Source: Elusimicrobiota bacterium
GTDB taxonomy: Bacteria > Elusimicrobiota > Elusimicrobia > UBA1565
Reading direction: 5' to 3'
Length of the DNA: 61,365 bases
NCBI GenBank assembly: GCA_043827405.1
Contig: JBDRPD010000093.1
Coordinates: 1-61,365, forward strand
Shown here: positions 18,729-27,957 of the stretch, one piece after another
Layout: each line of letters begins with the position of its first letter
Numbering within the stretch: the first letter of the stretch is position 1
The notes under the pieces: model-generated
What the model saw: the letters and a program-made list of their open reading frames with translations, nothing else
Databases searched by the model: none
Told to the model about the DNA's origin: nothing
Translations under genes and position numbers: made by a program

Positions 18729-20101
18729 GCCCGCTGTTCGGCACCGACGGCGTTCGCGGTATTCCGGGCCGGCCGCCGTTGACGCCGGCCGAGGTGCGCC
18801 GGCTGGGGCGCGCGGCCGGAGAGGTCTTTTTACGCGCGCGCCGCCGCGTTAACGGGACGCCGCCTTATGTGCTGATGGGGCGTGATACCCGCGATTCGGG
18901 TCCGGCGCTGGGCCGCGCTCTCGCGCAAGGCTTCGCCGCCGCCGGCTGCGTGACGCGGGATCTCGGCGTCATCCCGACGCCGGGCGTATCCTATCTCGCC
19001 GCCCGCCGCGGCGCGCTCTGCGGTGTTGTGATTTCGGCGAGCCATAACCCCCCGGAGTTTAACGGGATCAAATTTTTCTCCGGCGACGGCTTTAAGCTTC
19101 CGGTTCAGCTCGAGCGCCGCATCGAATCCGCCTTCCGCGCCGGCCCGGCGCTGCGCGCCAAGCCGCTCGGCCGCATGTTCTCGCGTGATGCGGACGGGAT
19201 GAGCGACTATCTCGATTTTCTGCGCAGCACGTTTCCGCCGACGCTGGGGCTTGCGGGACGGCGCATCGTCGTGGACGCGTCCAACGGCGCGGCTGCGGCG
19301 ATTGCGCCGGGCCTGCTGCGCGGGCTCGGCGCCGAAGTGTTCGCCATCGGCTGCGCTCCCGACGGCGCCAATATCAACAAGGGCTGCGGGGCGCTGGCGA
19401 CCGAACGTATGCGCCGCGCGGTCGTGCGGCGCAAGGCCGATGCCGGCGTGGCGCTTGACGGCGACGCGGACCGCGCGGTCTTTGCCGATGAAAAAGGGCG
19501 GCTGCTCGACGGCGACGCGCTGATCGCGCTGGCGGCGCTGACGCTCGAGCGGCAGGGGCTGCTGCGCGGGGGGAAGGTCGCGCTCACCGTGATGTCCAAT
19601 CTGGGGCTGATCAATTTCCTCGCTTCCCGCGGCATCGGCACCGTTCAGGTGCCGGTGGGCGACCGCAACGTAACCGATGCGATCATGGCGGAAGGGCTGT
19701 CGCTGGGCGGTGAGAACTCCGGCCATATCGTGTACCGCCGCTTGGCGCCGACCGGGGACGGGCTGCTGACCGCGCTGCAGACGCTCGCGGCGTGGCTGGA
19801 GTCGGGGCGCCGCATCAGCGCGGTGCGGACGCTCTACCGCGTCTACCCGCAGATTCTTAAGAATATCCGCATCGACCGCCGCGTGCCGCTGGCGGGCCTG
19901 AACCATTTTCAGCGCGCGCTGCGCGCGTGTGAGAAGAAGCTCGGCTCCGGAGGGCGCGTGTTTGTGCGCTACTCGGGGACCGAGCCCCTGCTGCGCATCC
20001 TCGTTGAAGGACGCGCCCCGGGTATGATAAAAGAGATTGCCGACGAACTGTCCCGGGTATTCCTGGAGGAAGTCGAGGCGAAGCTCGCGAAAGGAGTCTA
20101 G
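18725..20101 (+). CDS. glmM: Phosphoglucosamine mutase
   Basis: LFGTDGVRG, ISASHNP, DGDADR, GGENSGH, VRYSGTEP; ATGA overlap with folP. Confidence 0.96.
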   Translation: MSPLFGTDGVRGIPGRPPLTPAEVRRLGRAAGEVFLRARRRVNGTPPYVLMGRDTRDSGPALGRALAQGFAAAGCVTRDLGVIPTPGVSYLAARRGALCGVVISASHNPPEFNGIKFFSGDGFKLPVQLERRIESAFRAGPALRAKPLGRMFSRDADGMSDYLDFLRSTFPPTLGLAGRRIVVDASNGAAAAIAPGLLRGLGAEVFAIGCAPDGANINKGCGALATERMRRAVVRRKADAGVALDGDADRAVFADEKGRLLDGDALIALAALTLERQGLLRGGKVALTVMSNLGLINFLASRGIGTVQVPVGDRNVTDAIMAEGLSLGGENSGHIVYRRLAPTGDGLLTALQTLAAWLESGRRISAVRTLYRVYPQILKNIRIDRRVPLAGLNHFQRALRACEKKLGSGGRVFVRYSGTEPLLRILVEGRAPGMIKEIADELSRVFLEEVEAKLAKGV

Positions 20102-20102
20102 A

Positions 20103-20834
20103 ATGAACGCCAAATTGGGAGTCAATATCGATCACATCGCGACGTTAAGGCAGGCGCGCCGGGCCGTCGACCCGGATCCGGTGGTGGCGGCGCGTGTGGC
20201 GCGTACGTCCGGCGCCGACATGATCGTCGCTCACCTGCGCCAGGACCGGCGGCATATCCAGGAAAAGGACCTTATTGCGCTGCGCAAGCTGTATAAGACG
20301 GGCCTGCATATGGAGCTGGCCAATGTCCCCGAGATGATCAAGGTGGGGCTTCAGATCAAGCCGGATACGATCTGCATCGTCCCTGAGAATCCGCGGGAAG
20401 TAACGACGGAGGGCGGGCTCAAGTTCTCCGGCGCGAGGTCCAAGGAGCTCGAAAAGACCATCCGCCGCTTGAAAAATGCCGGCATCGGCGTCGGCCTGTT
20501 CGTCGATCCGGATGCGATCAGCGTGCGGACGGCGCACAACCTGGGCGCCGACGCCGTCGAGCTGTGCACTTCCGCCTACGCGGAGACGATCGGCAAGCAC
20601 AAGCAGATCATGGAGCTGGAGCGCCTGGAGCTGGCGGCATACCTCGGGCATGAGCTGAAGCTGGAGCTGCATGCCGGGCACGGCCTGGACTACACGAATG
20701 TGGGGGCGGTCGCCGCGATTCCGCATATGCGCTACCTCAATATCGGCTTCTCGATCGTGGCGCGGGCGCTCTTTACCGGCCTTAAGCCCGCCGTCGCCGA
20801 GATGAAGAAGCTTATCGTCTCCGCGCGCGGTTAG
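20103..20834 (+). CDS. pdxJ: Pyridoxine 5'-phosphate synthase
   Basis: LGVNIDHIATLRQAR, HLRQDRRHI, TTEGGL, HAGHGL; AAGGAG SD before ATG 20103. Confidence 0.95.
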   Translation: MNAKLGVNIDHIATLRQARRAVDPDPVVAARVARTSGADMIVAHLRQDRRHIQEKDLIALRKLYKTGLHMELANVPEMIKVGLQIKPDTICIVPENPREVTTEGGLKFSGARSKELEKTIRRLKNAGIGVGLFVDPDAISVRTAHNLGADAVELCTSAYAETIGKHKQIMELERLELAAYLGHELKLELHAGHGLDYTNVGAVAAIPHMRYLNIGFSIVARALFTGLKPAVAEMKKLIVSARG

Positions 20835-20849
20835 CGGGAGTCCGCCGGC

Positions 20850-22715
20850 ATGTGCGGAATCATCGGCTATATCGGCCCGCGTGACGTAACTCCCGTGCTG
20901 ATGCACGGGCTGCGCCGCCTCGAGTATCGGGGCTATGATTCCGCCGGCATCTGCGTCGTCGACAATGAGAAATCGCTGCGCATCGTCCGCGCGGTGGGCA
21001 AGATCGCCGAGCTGCAGTTCCGCCTGCAGGGCAAGGAGCCGCGAGGGAGCGCCGGCATCGGGCACTCCCGGTGGGCCACCCACGGCGCGCCGTCGGAAGT
21101 GAACGCTCATCCGCACGCCGACTGCACCGGGCAGGTCGTTGTCATCCACAACGGGATCATCGAGAACTACCGGGAGCTGAAGGAAAAGCTCACCCGCGCC
21201 GGCCACCACTACGCCTCCGAGACGGATACCGAGATCCTGGCCCATCTCGTCGAAGACAAGCTCCGGAAGCTGCGGCGGCGGATCAAGGACAAGCAGCGCC
21301 GTTTCATTGAGGCGACGCGCAGCGCGCTGCGGGAAGTCGAGGGCGCGTACGCCATCGCGGCGATCTGGGCGGAGCTCCCGGATACGCTGATCGCGGCTAA
21401 AACCTCGTCACCGCTGGTCATCGGCCGCGGCAAGGGGGAGATGTTTCTTGCCTCCGATGTCCCCGCCTTTATGAAGTATTCTCGTGAGGCTTATTTTCTC
21501 GATGACGGTGAGATGGCGATTCTCGAGCGCGGCGGCGCGGAGATCCGCCGGCTTCGTTCAGGCCGCCGGCATACGCCGAAGTTTATAAAGATCGACTGGG
21601 ACCGGGGGCGGGCCGAGAAATCGGGCTTCAAGCACTTCATGCTTAAGGAGATCTACGAGCAGCCCCAGGCCGTTTCCGATACCATCCGGCAGCGCCTCTA
21701 TCCGGTGGGCGTCCGTTCGCTCAAGCGCGAGACCGGCATGTCGGCCGCCGCGATCAGGAAGATTGAACGGGTGCAGTTCCTCGCCTGCGGTACGGCGAAC
21801 CATGCGGGCATGATCGGCACCTATTTTATCGAGCACTTCGCCAAAATCCCGGCCGAGGCCGAGCTCGCTTCGGAGTTCCGCTATCGGGAGCCGGTGCTTG
21901 ACGAGCGGACCTTGGTCGTCGCGATCAGCCAGTCGGGAGAGACCGCCGATACGCTGGCCGCGGTACGGCTCGCCCGGCGCCGGGGCGCCAAGATATTATC
22001 GATCTGCAACTGCGTCGGCTCGGCGTTGACCCGCACCGCCGACTTTAATCTCCATACCCATTGCGGGCCGGAATACGGCGTGGCTTCGACCAAGGCCTTC
22101 GTCGGTCAGCTGACCGCGATCGCCATTCTGACGCTGCATTTGGGCATCGCCAAGCGCACCATGGACGATCAGCGCGGCCGCGCCCTGATCCGCGGGCTCC
22201 GGCATTTGCCGGAGATGATCCATAAAACCCTCAAGCTCGATCGGCAGATCCTCGCCCTCGCAAAGAAGCTCAAGAAGAAGAAGCAGTTCCTGTTTATCGG
22301 CCGCCACGTCGACTACCCGTTGGCGTTGGAGGGGGCGCTCAAGCTTAAGGAGATCTCCTACCTTCACGCCGAAGGCTACGCCGCCGGTGAGATGAAGCAT
22401 GGCCCCATCGCCCTCATCGACCAGGATATACCGGTGATCGCCATCGCCACCGAATCCCGCATCTTCGAAAAGACCTTCTCGAATATCGAGGAGGCCAAGG
22501 CCCGCGGAGCGATGGTGATCGCGATCGCCTCGGAAGGGGAGCGGCGCCTGCGGGGCAAAGCCGACTACGTGCTCTCCGTACCCAAGGTGGACGAGTACCT
22601 GAGCCCGTTGGTCAGCGCCGTGCCGCTGCAGCTGCTCGCCTACCACATATCAAACCAGCTGGGATTGGACGTGGACCAGCCCCGCAATCTCGCCAAAAGC
22701 GTGACGGTCGAATGA
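20850..22715 (+). CDS. glmS: Glutamine--fructose-6-phosphate aminotransferase
   Basis: MCGIIG, LEYRGYDSAG, GHSRWATHG, SQSGETADT, C-terminal PRNLAKSVTVE. Confidence 0.98.
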   Translation: MCGIIGYIGPRDVTPVLMHGLRRLEYRGYDSAGICVVDNEKSLRIVRAVGKIAELQFRLQGKEPRGSAGIGHSRWATHGAPSEVNAHPHADCTGQVVVIHNGIIENYRELKEKLTRAGHHYASETDTEILAHLVEDKLRKLRRRIKDKQRRFIEATRSALREVEGAYAIAAIWAELPDTLIAAKTSSPLVIGRGKGEMFLASDVPAFMKYSREAYFLDDGEMAILERGGAEIRRLRSGRRHTPKFIKIDWDRGRAEKSGFKHFMLKEIYEQPQAVSDTIRQRLYPVGVRSLKRETGMSAAAIRKIERVQFLACGTANHAGMIGTYFIEHFAKIPAEAELASEFRYREPVLDERTLVVAISQSGETADTLAAVRLARRRGAKILSICNCVGSALTRTADFNLHTHCGPEYGVASTKAFVGQLTAIAILTLHLGIAKRTMDDQRGRALIRGLRHLPEMIHKTLKLDRQILALAKKLKKKKQFLFIGRHVDYPLALEGALKLKEISYLHAEGYAAGEMKHGPIALIDQDIPVIAIATESRIFEKTFSNIEEAKARGAMVIAIASEGERRLRGKADYVLSVPKVDEYLSPLVSAVPLQLLAYHISNQLGLDVDQPRNLAKSVTVE

Positions 22716-23125
22716 GCGCCCGGACGCGCTTCCCGTCGCTCGGCATCGATATTGTTGAAATCGACCGGGTGGCGCAGCTGGCGAAGAACAGCAAGCGCTT
22801 CCTGACGCGGGTCTTCTCAAAGGATGAGATTCGCTACTGCCATGACAAGAAGAAGAAGTGGCAGCACTTCGCGGTGCGCTTCGCGGCCAAGGAGGCGATC
22901 TGGAAGGCCGTCGGCCAGGCCGGTCTGAACCTGAAGGATATCGCCATTCGCCGCGGCCCGAGCGGGCGGCCCAGCGTCGTCCTGGAGGGACGTGCCGCGC
23001 CTTTTATCCAGGTGTCTCTGACGCATACGGAAAAGTACGCCGCCGCGGTCGCGGTTTACATGCGGCATATGACTCTGCCCAATGCCCCGGCGCGAAAGCC
23101 GACGAAGAATAAGAAGCGGGCATGA
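22712..23125 (+). CDS. acpS: Holo-[acyl-carrier-protein] synthase
   Basis: GIDIVEIDR, RFAAKEA, GRP, VSLTH. Confidence 0.94.
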   Translation: MSARTRFPSLGIDIVEIDRVAQLAKNSKRFLTRVFSKDEIRYCHDKKKKWQHFAVRFAAKEAIWKAVGQAGLNLKDIAIRRGPSGRPSVVLEGRAAPFIQVSLTHTEKYAAAVAVYMRHMTLPNAPARKPTKNKKRA

Positions 23126-24027
23126 AGTTTTCGCTTAAGACGCTTAAGACATGGCTGCCGGCGCGCCGCCGTGAGGCGCATAAGGGCGATTTCGGCCGCC
23201 TGCTCATCGTCGCCGGGTCCCGGGGGATGAGCGGCGCCGCGATCCTGGCGGCGCGGGCGGCGCTCCGTGCGGGCTGCGGCTTGACCACCTTGGCGCTGCC
23301 CGAGAGCCAGCAGCCGATAGCGGCGGCGGCGGTGCCGGAGGCTATGACTTTGCCGCTGCCTGAAACCGCGGCCGGAACGCTGCGCCGCGACGCCGTCAGT
23401 TCGCTCATGAGCGCGCACGAGAAGCACAAGTTTACGGCGCTCGCTCTGGGGCCCGGGCTGACGACGCATACCGAAACGGCCCGTGCCGTTGTCGGTATTC
23501 TCGGTAGCCTCCACGTTCCTGCGGTGATCGACGCCGACGCTCTCAATATCCTCGCCATTGAATCGCGGGCGGAGGTGGAGAAGCTGTGCCATCGCCGCAC
23601 CGCGCCGTGCGTGCTGACCCCCCACCCGGGCGAGGCCGCGCGATTGCTGCGTGAGAAGTTCGGGAGCGGCGCCAAGGAGCGGGAAAGCGCGGCCCGCCGG
23701 CTGGTCGAGGAATGCGGCGGCGTCTGTCTGCTTAAGGGCCGCGACAGCGTGATCGCCGACGGCGAGCGTGTATGGATAAACCCCACCGGCAATCCGGGCT
23801 TGGCCAAGGGCGGCTCGGGCGATGTGCTGACCGGAGTGATCGCCGCAATTTGGGCCCAGCGGCTGCGCGTCGACGCGCGGGACCGGGGCTTTGAGGCCGC
23901 GGCTTTGGGCGCCTGGCTGCACGGCTTCGCCGCCGACTGTGCGGTCAGGGAAAAGACGACCCGCTGCCTGCTGTCCACCGATGTGATCGAAGCTCTGCCC
24001 CGCGCCTTCAAGAAGCTCGGGGCTTAG
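23122..24027 (+). CDS. nnrD: ADP-dependent NAD(P)H-hydrate dehydratase (YjeF C-terminal domain only)
   Basis: HKGDFG, GPGL, VIDADALN, LTPHPGE, LKG, GGSGDVLTG; no epimerase domain. Confidence 0.93.
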   Translation: MKFSLKTLKTWLPARRREAHKGDFGRLLIVAGSRGMSGAAILAARAALRAGCGLTTLALPESQQPIAAAAVPEAMTLPLPETAAGTLRRDAVSSLMSAHEKHKFTALALGPGLTTHTETARAVVGILGSLHVPAVIDADALNILAIESRAEVEKLCHRRTAPCVLTPHPGEAARLLREKFGSGAKERESAARRLVEECGGVCLLKGRDSVIADGERVWINPTGNPGLAKGGSGDVLTGVIAAIWAQRLRVDARDRGFEAAALGAWLHGFAADCAVREKTTRCLLSTDVIEALPRAFKKLGA

Positions 24028-25193
24028 AGGCTCTCCGCCAATACTTCGGCGATAACCCGGTTGCCTGCCGCTGAGTAGTGCTTCTGCGGAGTGAAAAGAG
24101 AATCCAGGGAAGTGCTTTCGGATCGGCGCAGCAGTTTTTCGGTAGGGTCAATGACATGGAAATCCTTCTTGAGCTTCTTCAGCAAGGCCGCATAGTCGAG
24201 CGGCTTTCCGCGGCGCGCGGCAGCTAATTGGTCCCGTCGCGGGATGTGGAGAATCCAAAACCGGGCGCCCGCTTCCTCCGCTTCACGCCGGAAGCTGTCG
24301 ATGATGCGCAGTGCGAGACGGGCGGGTTCGGTGTCGGGCGGGTAGAAATTTCGTCCCGCCTTTCGCGGGGTGCGGGTTTCCCTGGCGAGAGCGGTCAGAA
24401 AAAAGGCGGTGAGCCGGCTCTTGAGCCAGAAGCTGTCGGCGTAATCGGCGGGATCGTAGAACGCTTCATGGGCGGCCAACGGGGAATGTGGAAGCGTCGC
24501 TATCACCGCGGCCAGCTCGTGCGGAGAGGGCGTCGGCGAGTTAACCAGTTCTAGAGCGCCGTCTTTTAGGATGAAGCGGGGTTTTGACAAGTGGATGCTG
24601 GACCGGTAGTAGTAGAACCTGCGAAACATGTTCTGGCATCGTTTAATGTTCTCCGCCTGAAAGCCGAGGACGACGACTTTGGGAGAGATTTGATTCTTGA
24701 TCGATCGCCACCTCAGGTATGCCTGGTCGATCCCATACCCGGAGTAGCCGAGGTTCAAAACCCGGATACCGCTTCGGCTGCGTTCGAGGATGGCGGAGAA
24801 AGTGTCGTCGTATTGGACGTCGTCGCCGTGGACGTAGGAATCTCCAAAGACCGCGACGGTTATGCCGCTGGTGGAAATCCGCGGCGGGCTCAGCGGCGTT
24901 TTTGTCCGGATGCCCTGTGCGTCATAGGCATAAAACCCATACATGAACCGGCTCTCGGGCCGCGGGGACCAGCCGAGAAGGGGGTCGTATTGGGTGGTTA
25001 TGGTTATGTCGGTCGTCGAGAGCTTCTTCATGGCCGCCGCCGTCGATTTGACCGGCAGGCGATAGGGCCTGAGCTGGACGGAGCGGATGGAGAAATTGCC
25101 GTCGATGTCGGTGCCGCCGAAAAGACGCATTCCCGCCTCCAGGGCGAGGAGGCAGAGGAGCGAGGAGATCAGGACGAGGTGCCTTCTTTTCAT
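24024..25193 (-). CDS. Membrane-anchored SGNH/GDSL hydrolase-family protein
   Basis: N-terminal TM (LLCLLALEAGMR), YDPLLGW, VFGDSYVHG, NLGYSGYGIDQ, HYSAAGNRVIA; ATG at 25193 is 10 nt below TATAAT. Confidence 0.85.
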   Translation of the reverse strand: MKRRHLVLISSLLCLLALEAGMRLFGGTDIDGNFSIRSVQLRPYRLPVKSTAAAMKKLSTTDITITTQYDPLLGWSPRPESRFMYGFYAYDAQGIRTKTPLSPPRISTSGITVAVFGDSYVHGDDVQYDDTFSAILERSRSGIRVLNLGYSGYGIDQAYLRWRSIKNQISPKVVVLGFQAENIKRCQNMFRRFYYYRSSIHLSKPRFILKDGALELVNSPTPSPHELAAVIATLPHSPLAAHEAFYDPADYADSFWLKSRLTAFFLTALARETRTPRKAGRNFYPPDTEPARLALRIIDSFRREAEEAGARFWILHIPRRDQLAAARRGKPLDYAALLKKLKKDFHVIDPTEKLLRRSESTSLDSLFTPQKHYSAAGNRVIAEVLAESL

Positions 25194-25266
25194 GCGCCAT
25201 GGCATTATAGCGCTAATGCGATATTCATCAAGGCGCTGTTTAGGGCCGAAGTTGTAGAATTCCGCT

Positions 25267-27957
25267 ATGGGTGAGATCGCACCGTTGGCCGTCGCGGACT
25301 TCCGTCTGCGCGCCCTGTATCCCAATCTGCGCGACTTGTTCAACAGCTTCGGCGACAGGCGCGCGCGGGGAAAGAAGAAGAGCAAGGCGCTCGGCTACTT
25401 TCCGCCGATCGCCGAGTACCGTCTGCGTCACGACGCGCCGGGGCGTGACCGCGTGCTGGAACTGCGCGACGTCGATGTCCCGCTGCTGATGAACACTTCG
25501 CATGACCGCGGCAAGCGCTATATGTCGTGCCTGCTCGAGGCGCGCAAAGGAAATGCCGGCGCGCGCGCCGAGATTGATAATCTGGTCAACGAATTTTTCG
25601 CGACCCTGGAGCAGCGCTATTGGGGCGCCCCCGTCTTCGCCGACCGGCATGTCGTGCCCTCGATGTGCGAGGGGCCGTCCTCGACCGATATCGTCAGCCA
25701 CAAGGGTTCGATCCTGCTTAAGCTCAGCCGCCAGGGCTACCCGGTGCCGGACTTCGTGGTCCTAACCTCCAACGTCTATCTCGACCGCAAGAAGGACTTC
25801 GCGCGGCATACCTGCCGCGCGCTGTCGGATCTGGAACGGCTCACCGGGCAGCGCTTCGGCTCGTCTAATAATCCTATCGTCGTGGCTGTCCGCTGCGCGA
25901 TGCCGCGCTACTATCCGGGCCTGATGCCGACCTATTTGAACGCCGGCGTGATTGAGAGCACTCTGCCTCCCTTGTCGCGGCTGTTCGGCGAGAAGGCGGC
26001 GTGCCGGATGTATCTCAATAACCTGCGCAACCTCCTCGGGAGTTTTATCAGCGGCGAGGATTTTAAGACCGAGGCGGCGGTCTCGAGCGATCTGCCGCTG
26101 GAAGATCTGAAGGAGCTGGTCGCCAACTTTCGGGAGCGCGTCGCGCGTTTTGACCGGAGGCTGCTGGAGGACGCCGTCTACCAGGTGCAGTTTCTCGCCG
26201 ATCAGGCGTACCGGCAGTACGACGCCCACGCGGACCTGATCAGTACTTTGTCCCGGGGAGAGAAGCATTATCCCTCCTTGATCCTGCAGAAGATGGTATG
26301 CACGGTACGCGACGACGCCTCCTATGCCGGCGTGCTGATCAGCCGTGACGCGAAAAGCGGCAGCGGGCGTCACCTTGAGATCGGCCGCAATATTTTCGGC
26401 GAGGATATTATGACGGGGACCATCCCCACGCAGCAGATTCGCTACGGCTCTGCCGAGGAGATCAAGTCCTCCTTCCCCGCCGTCTATCATTTTTCGCCGG
26501 CGCTCGATGAGCTCGAGCGGGAGTTCGAGGGGCCGGTGACCGTTGAGTTCGCGGCGGAGGGAACGCGCGGGCATGAGCTCTTCGCTATGCTGCAGCTTAA
26601 CGATACGGGCATGACGGGGCAGGCCGCGTTTATCTCCACGGTGGATATGCACAAATCCGGGATCATATCGCGCAAACGCCTGACCCAGCTGATCCTTCCC
26701 TATCACATAAAGCAGCTGCAGGGCGACGCGATCGATGAGAGTTCCTTTGCGACGCTCGAGCGCTTCTCGCAAGGCGTCTCCATTTTGCCGCGCTCCGCCG
26801 TCTGCGCGCAAATTTACTTTTCGGCCGAGGCGGCGCTCGGCGCCAAGAAGCGCGGCGAACGGGTTTGCTTCTGCAAGAAGAGCTTTACTCCCGCCGATGC
26901 CGTGGTTATGCGCGAAGTCGACGCCATCGTCAGCCTTAATTCGGCGGCTATCCACGTGGTGGCCATCTGTCAGAGCTTCGGCACCCCGGCGCTGCTGAAT
27001 CTCGAGGCCGAGGGGGTGCGCCTGCTTCCCGCAGGGCGCTTGGTCAACGGGCAGGGGGTCGAGATCGAAGAGGGAGTCTGGGTTACGATCTCGTCACGCA
27101 GCCAGGCGCTGTTCCGCGGGAAGGCGCGGCTGAAGCCCGCGCGCTTTTCCCGCTACCTGCGGCGGGAAAAGGTGCCTCTGTCGGAAGAAGAGGAGGCTCT
27201 TTTTTCGCGGATGGCCTACGCCTACCGCTACTATCAGCAGCTGGTCCGGGGTCTGAAGCTGGATCAGGTCTCCAGCTTGAGCGAGCTTATTCGGCTGGTC
27301 AATTTGGAGATGCGGGGTGAGGCGGAGGAAGCCCGCGACTTCGTTCATGGCTGGTTCGACAGCCACGAGGCTTTCTATGTCGACGAAGTCCTGAAGAGCG
27401 AGATGGGGGACCATCTGAACCAGCATACGGTGTTCGATATGCTGACCCTCGACCGCAAGATCCGTTTTTACAAGCTTGCCCTGGAGCGCTGCGCGCGGGA
27501 GAAGATTTCCGGCTACGCCGCCGGTACCTTTATGCTCGGCCGGTTCCTGTCGCGGGCCAAACCGGTCGACTTCTGGAAATCGTTCGTCCCCGCCGAGGCG
27601 GCCTTGCTCGTCAATGAGTGGGTGCTGTTTGAAAAGTATATCCAGGTTCTCTACGACGTGGGAGAGCGGCAGGTCACGCGCGCGCGCCACAAGATCCTGA
27701 AAGAAGGGCTGGAGACGATGCGGCTCGCGGCGCATAACGTCGCCGTGCTCGTAACTTTGAAGCTGAGCCCGCTGGATCTGGCGGAGGTCCGCGGCGCGAT
27801 TCCCGAGTGGGCGGATCCGCAGACGTCGGAAGTTCTGCAAATACTGAGCGCCCCGTATAAAGAGCTGTTCGATTTTAGCCAGGAATGGTCCCGGCGCAAG
27901 CTGGAGGGCTTCTGCGCTGAGGCGAAAATCCCGGTTCCGGGACCCGAGGACCGTTAG
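25267..27957 (+). CDS. PPDK-like dikinase (ATP-grasp + phospho-His swivel domain, unrecognised C-terminal domain)
   Basis: SHKG...GYPVPDF, VAVRC...PGLMPTYLNAG, LQKMV, GEDIMTG, VEF...MLQ and AAIHVVAICQSFG align with PPDK N-terminal and central domains. No PEP-binding barrel motifs (e.g. SFGTNDL). Confidence 0.8.
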   Translation: MGEIAPLAVADFRLRALYPNLRDLFNSFGDRRARGKKKSKALGYFPPIAEYRLRHDAPGRDRVLELRDVDVPLLMNTSHDRGKRYMSCLLEARKGNAGARAEIDNLVNEFFATLEQRYWGAPVFADRHVVPSMCEGPSSTDIVSHKGSILLKLSRQGYPVPDFVVLTSNVYLDRKKDFARHTCRALSDLERLTGQRFGSSNNPIVVAVRCAMPRYYPGLMPTYLNAGVIESTLPPLSRLFGEKAACRMYLNNLRNLLGSFISGEDFKTEAAVSSDLPLEDLKELVANFRERVARFDRRLLEDAVYQVQFLADQAYRQYDAHADLISTLSRGEKHYPSLILQKMVCTVRDDASYAGVLISRDAKSGSGRHLEIGRNIFGEDIMTGTIPTQQIRYGSAEEIKSSFPAVYHFSPALDELEREFEGPVTVEFAAEGTRGHELFAMLQLNDTGMTGQAAFISTVDMHKSGIISRKRLTQLILPYHIKQLQGDAIDESSFATLERFSQGVSILPRSAVCAQIYFSAEAALGAKKRGERVCFCKKSFTPADAVVMREVDAIVSLNSAAIHVVAICQSFGTPALLNLEAEGVRLLPAGRLVNGQGVEIEEGVWVTISSRSQALFRGKARLKPARFSRYLRREKVPLSEEEEALFSRMAYAYRYYQQLVRGLKLDQVSSLSELIRLVNLEMRGEAEEARDFVHGWFDSHEAFYVDEVLKSEMGDHLNQHTVFDMLTLDRKIRFYKLALERCAREKISGYAAGTFMLGRFLSRAKPVDFWKSFVPAEAALLVNEWVLFEKYIQVLYDVGERQVTRARHKILKEGLETMRLAAHNVAVLVTLKLSPLDLAEVRGAIPEWADPQTSEVLQILSAPYKELFDFSQEWSRRKLEGFCAEAKIPVPGPEDR

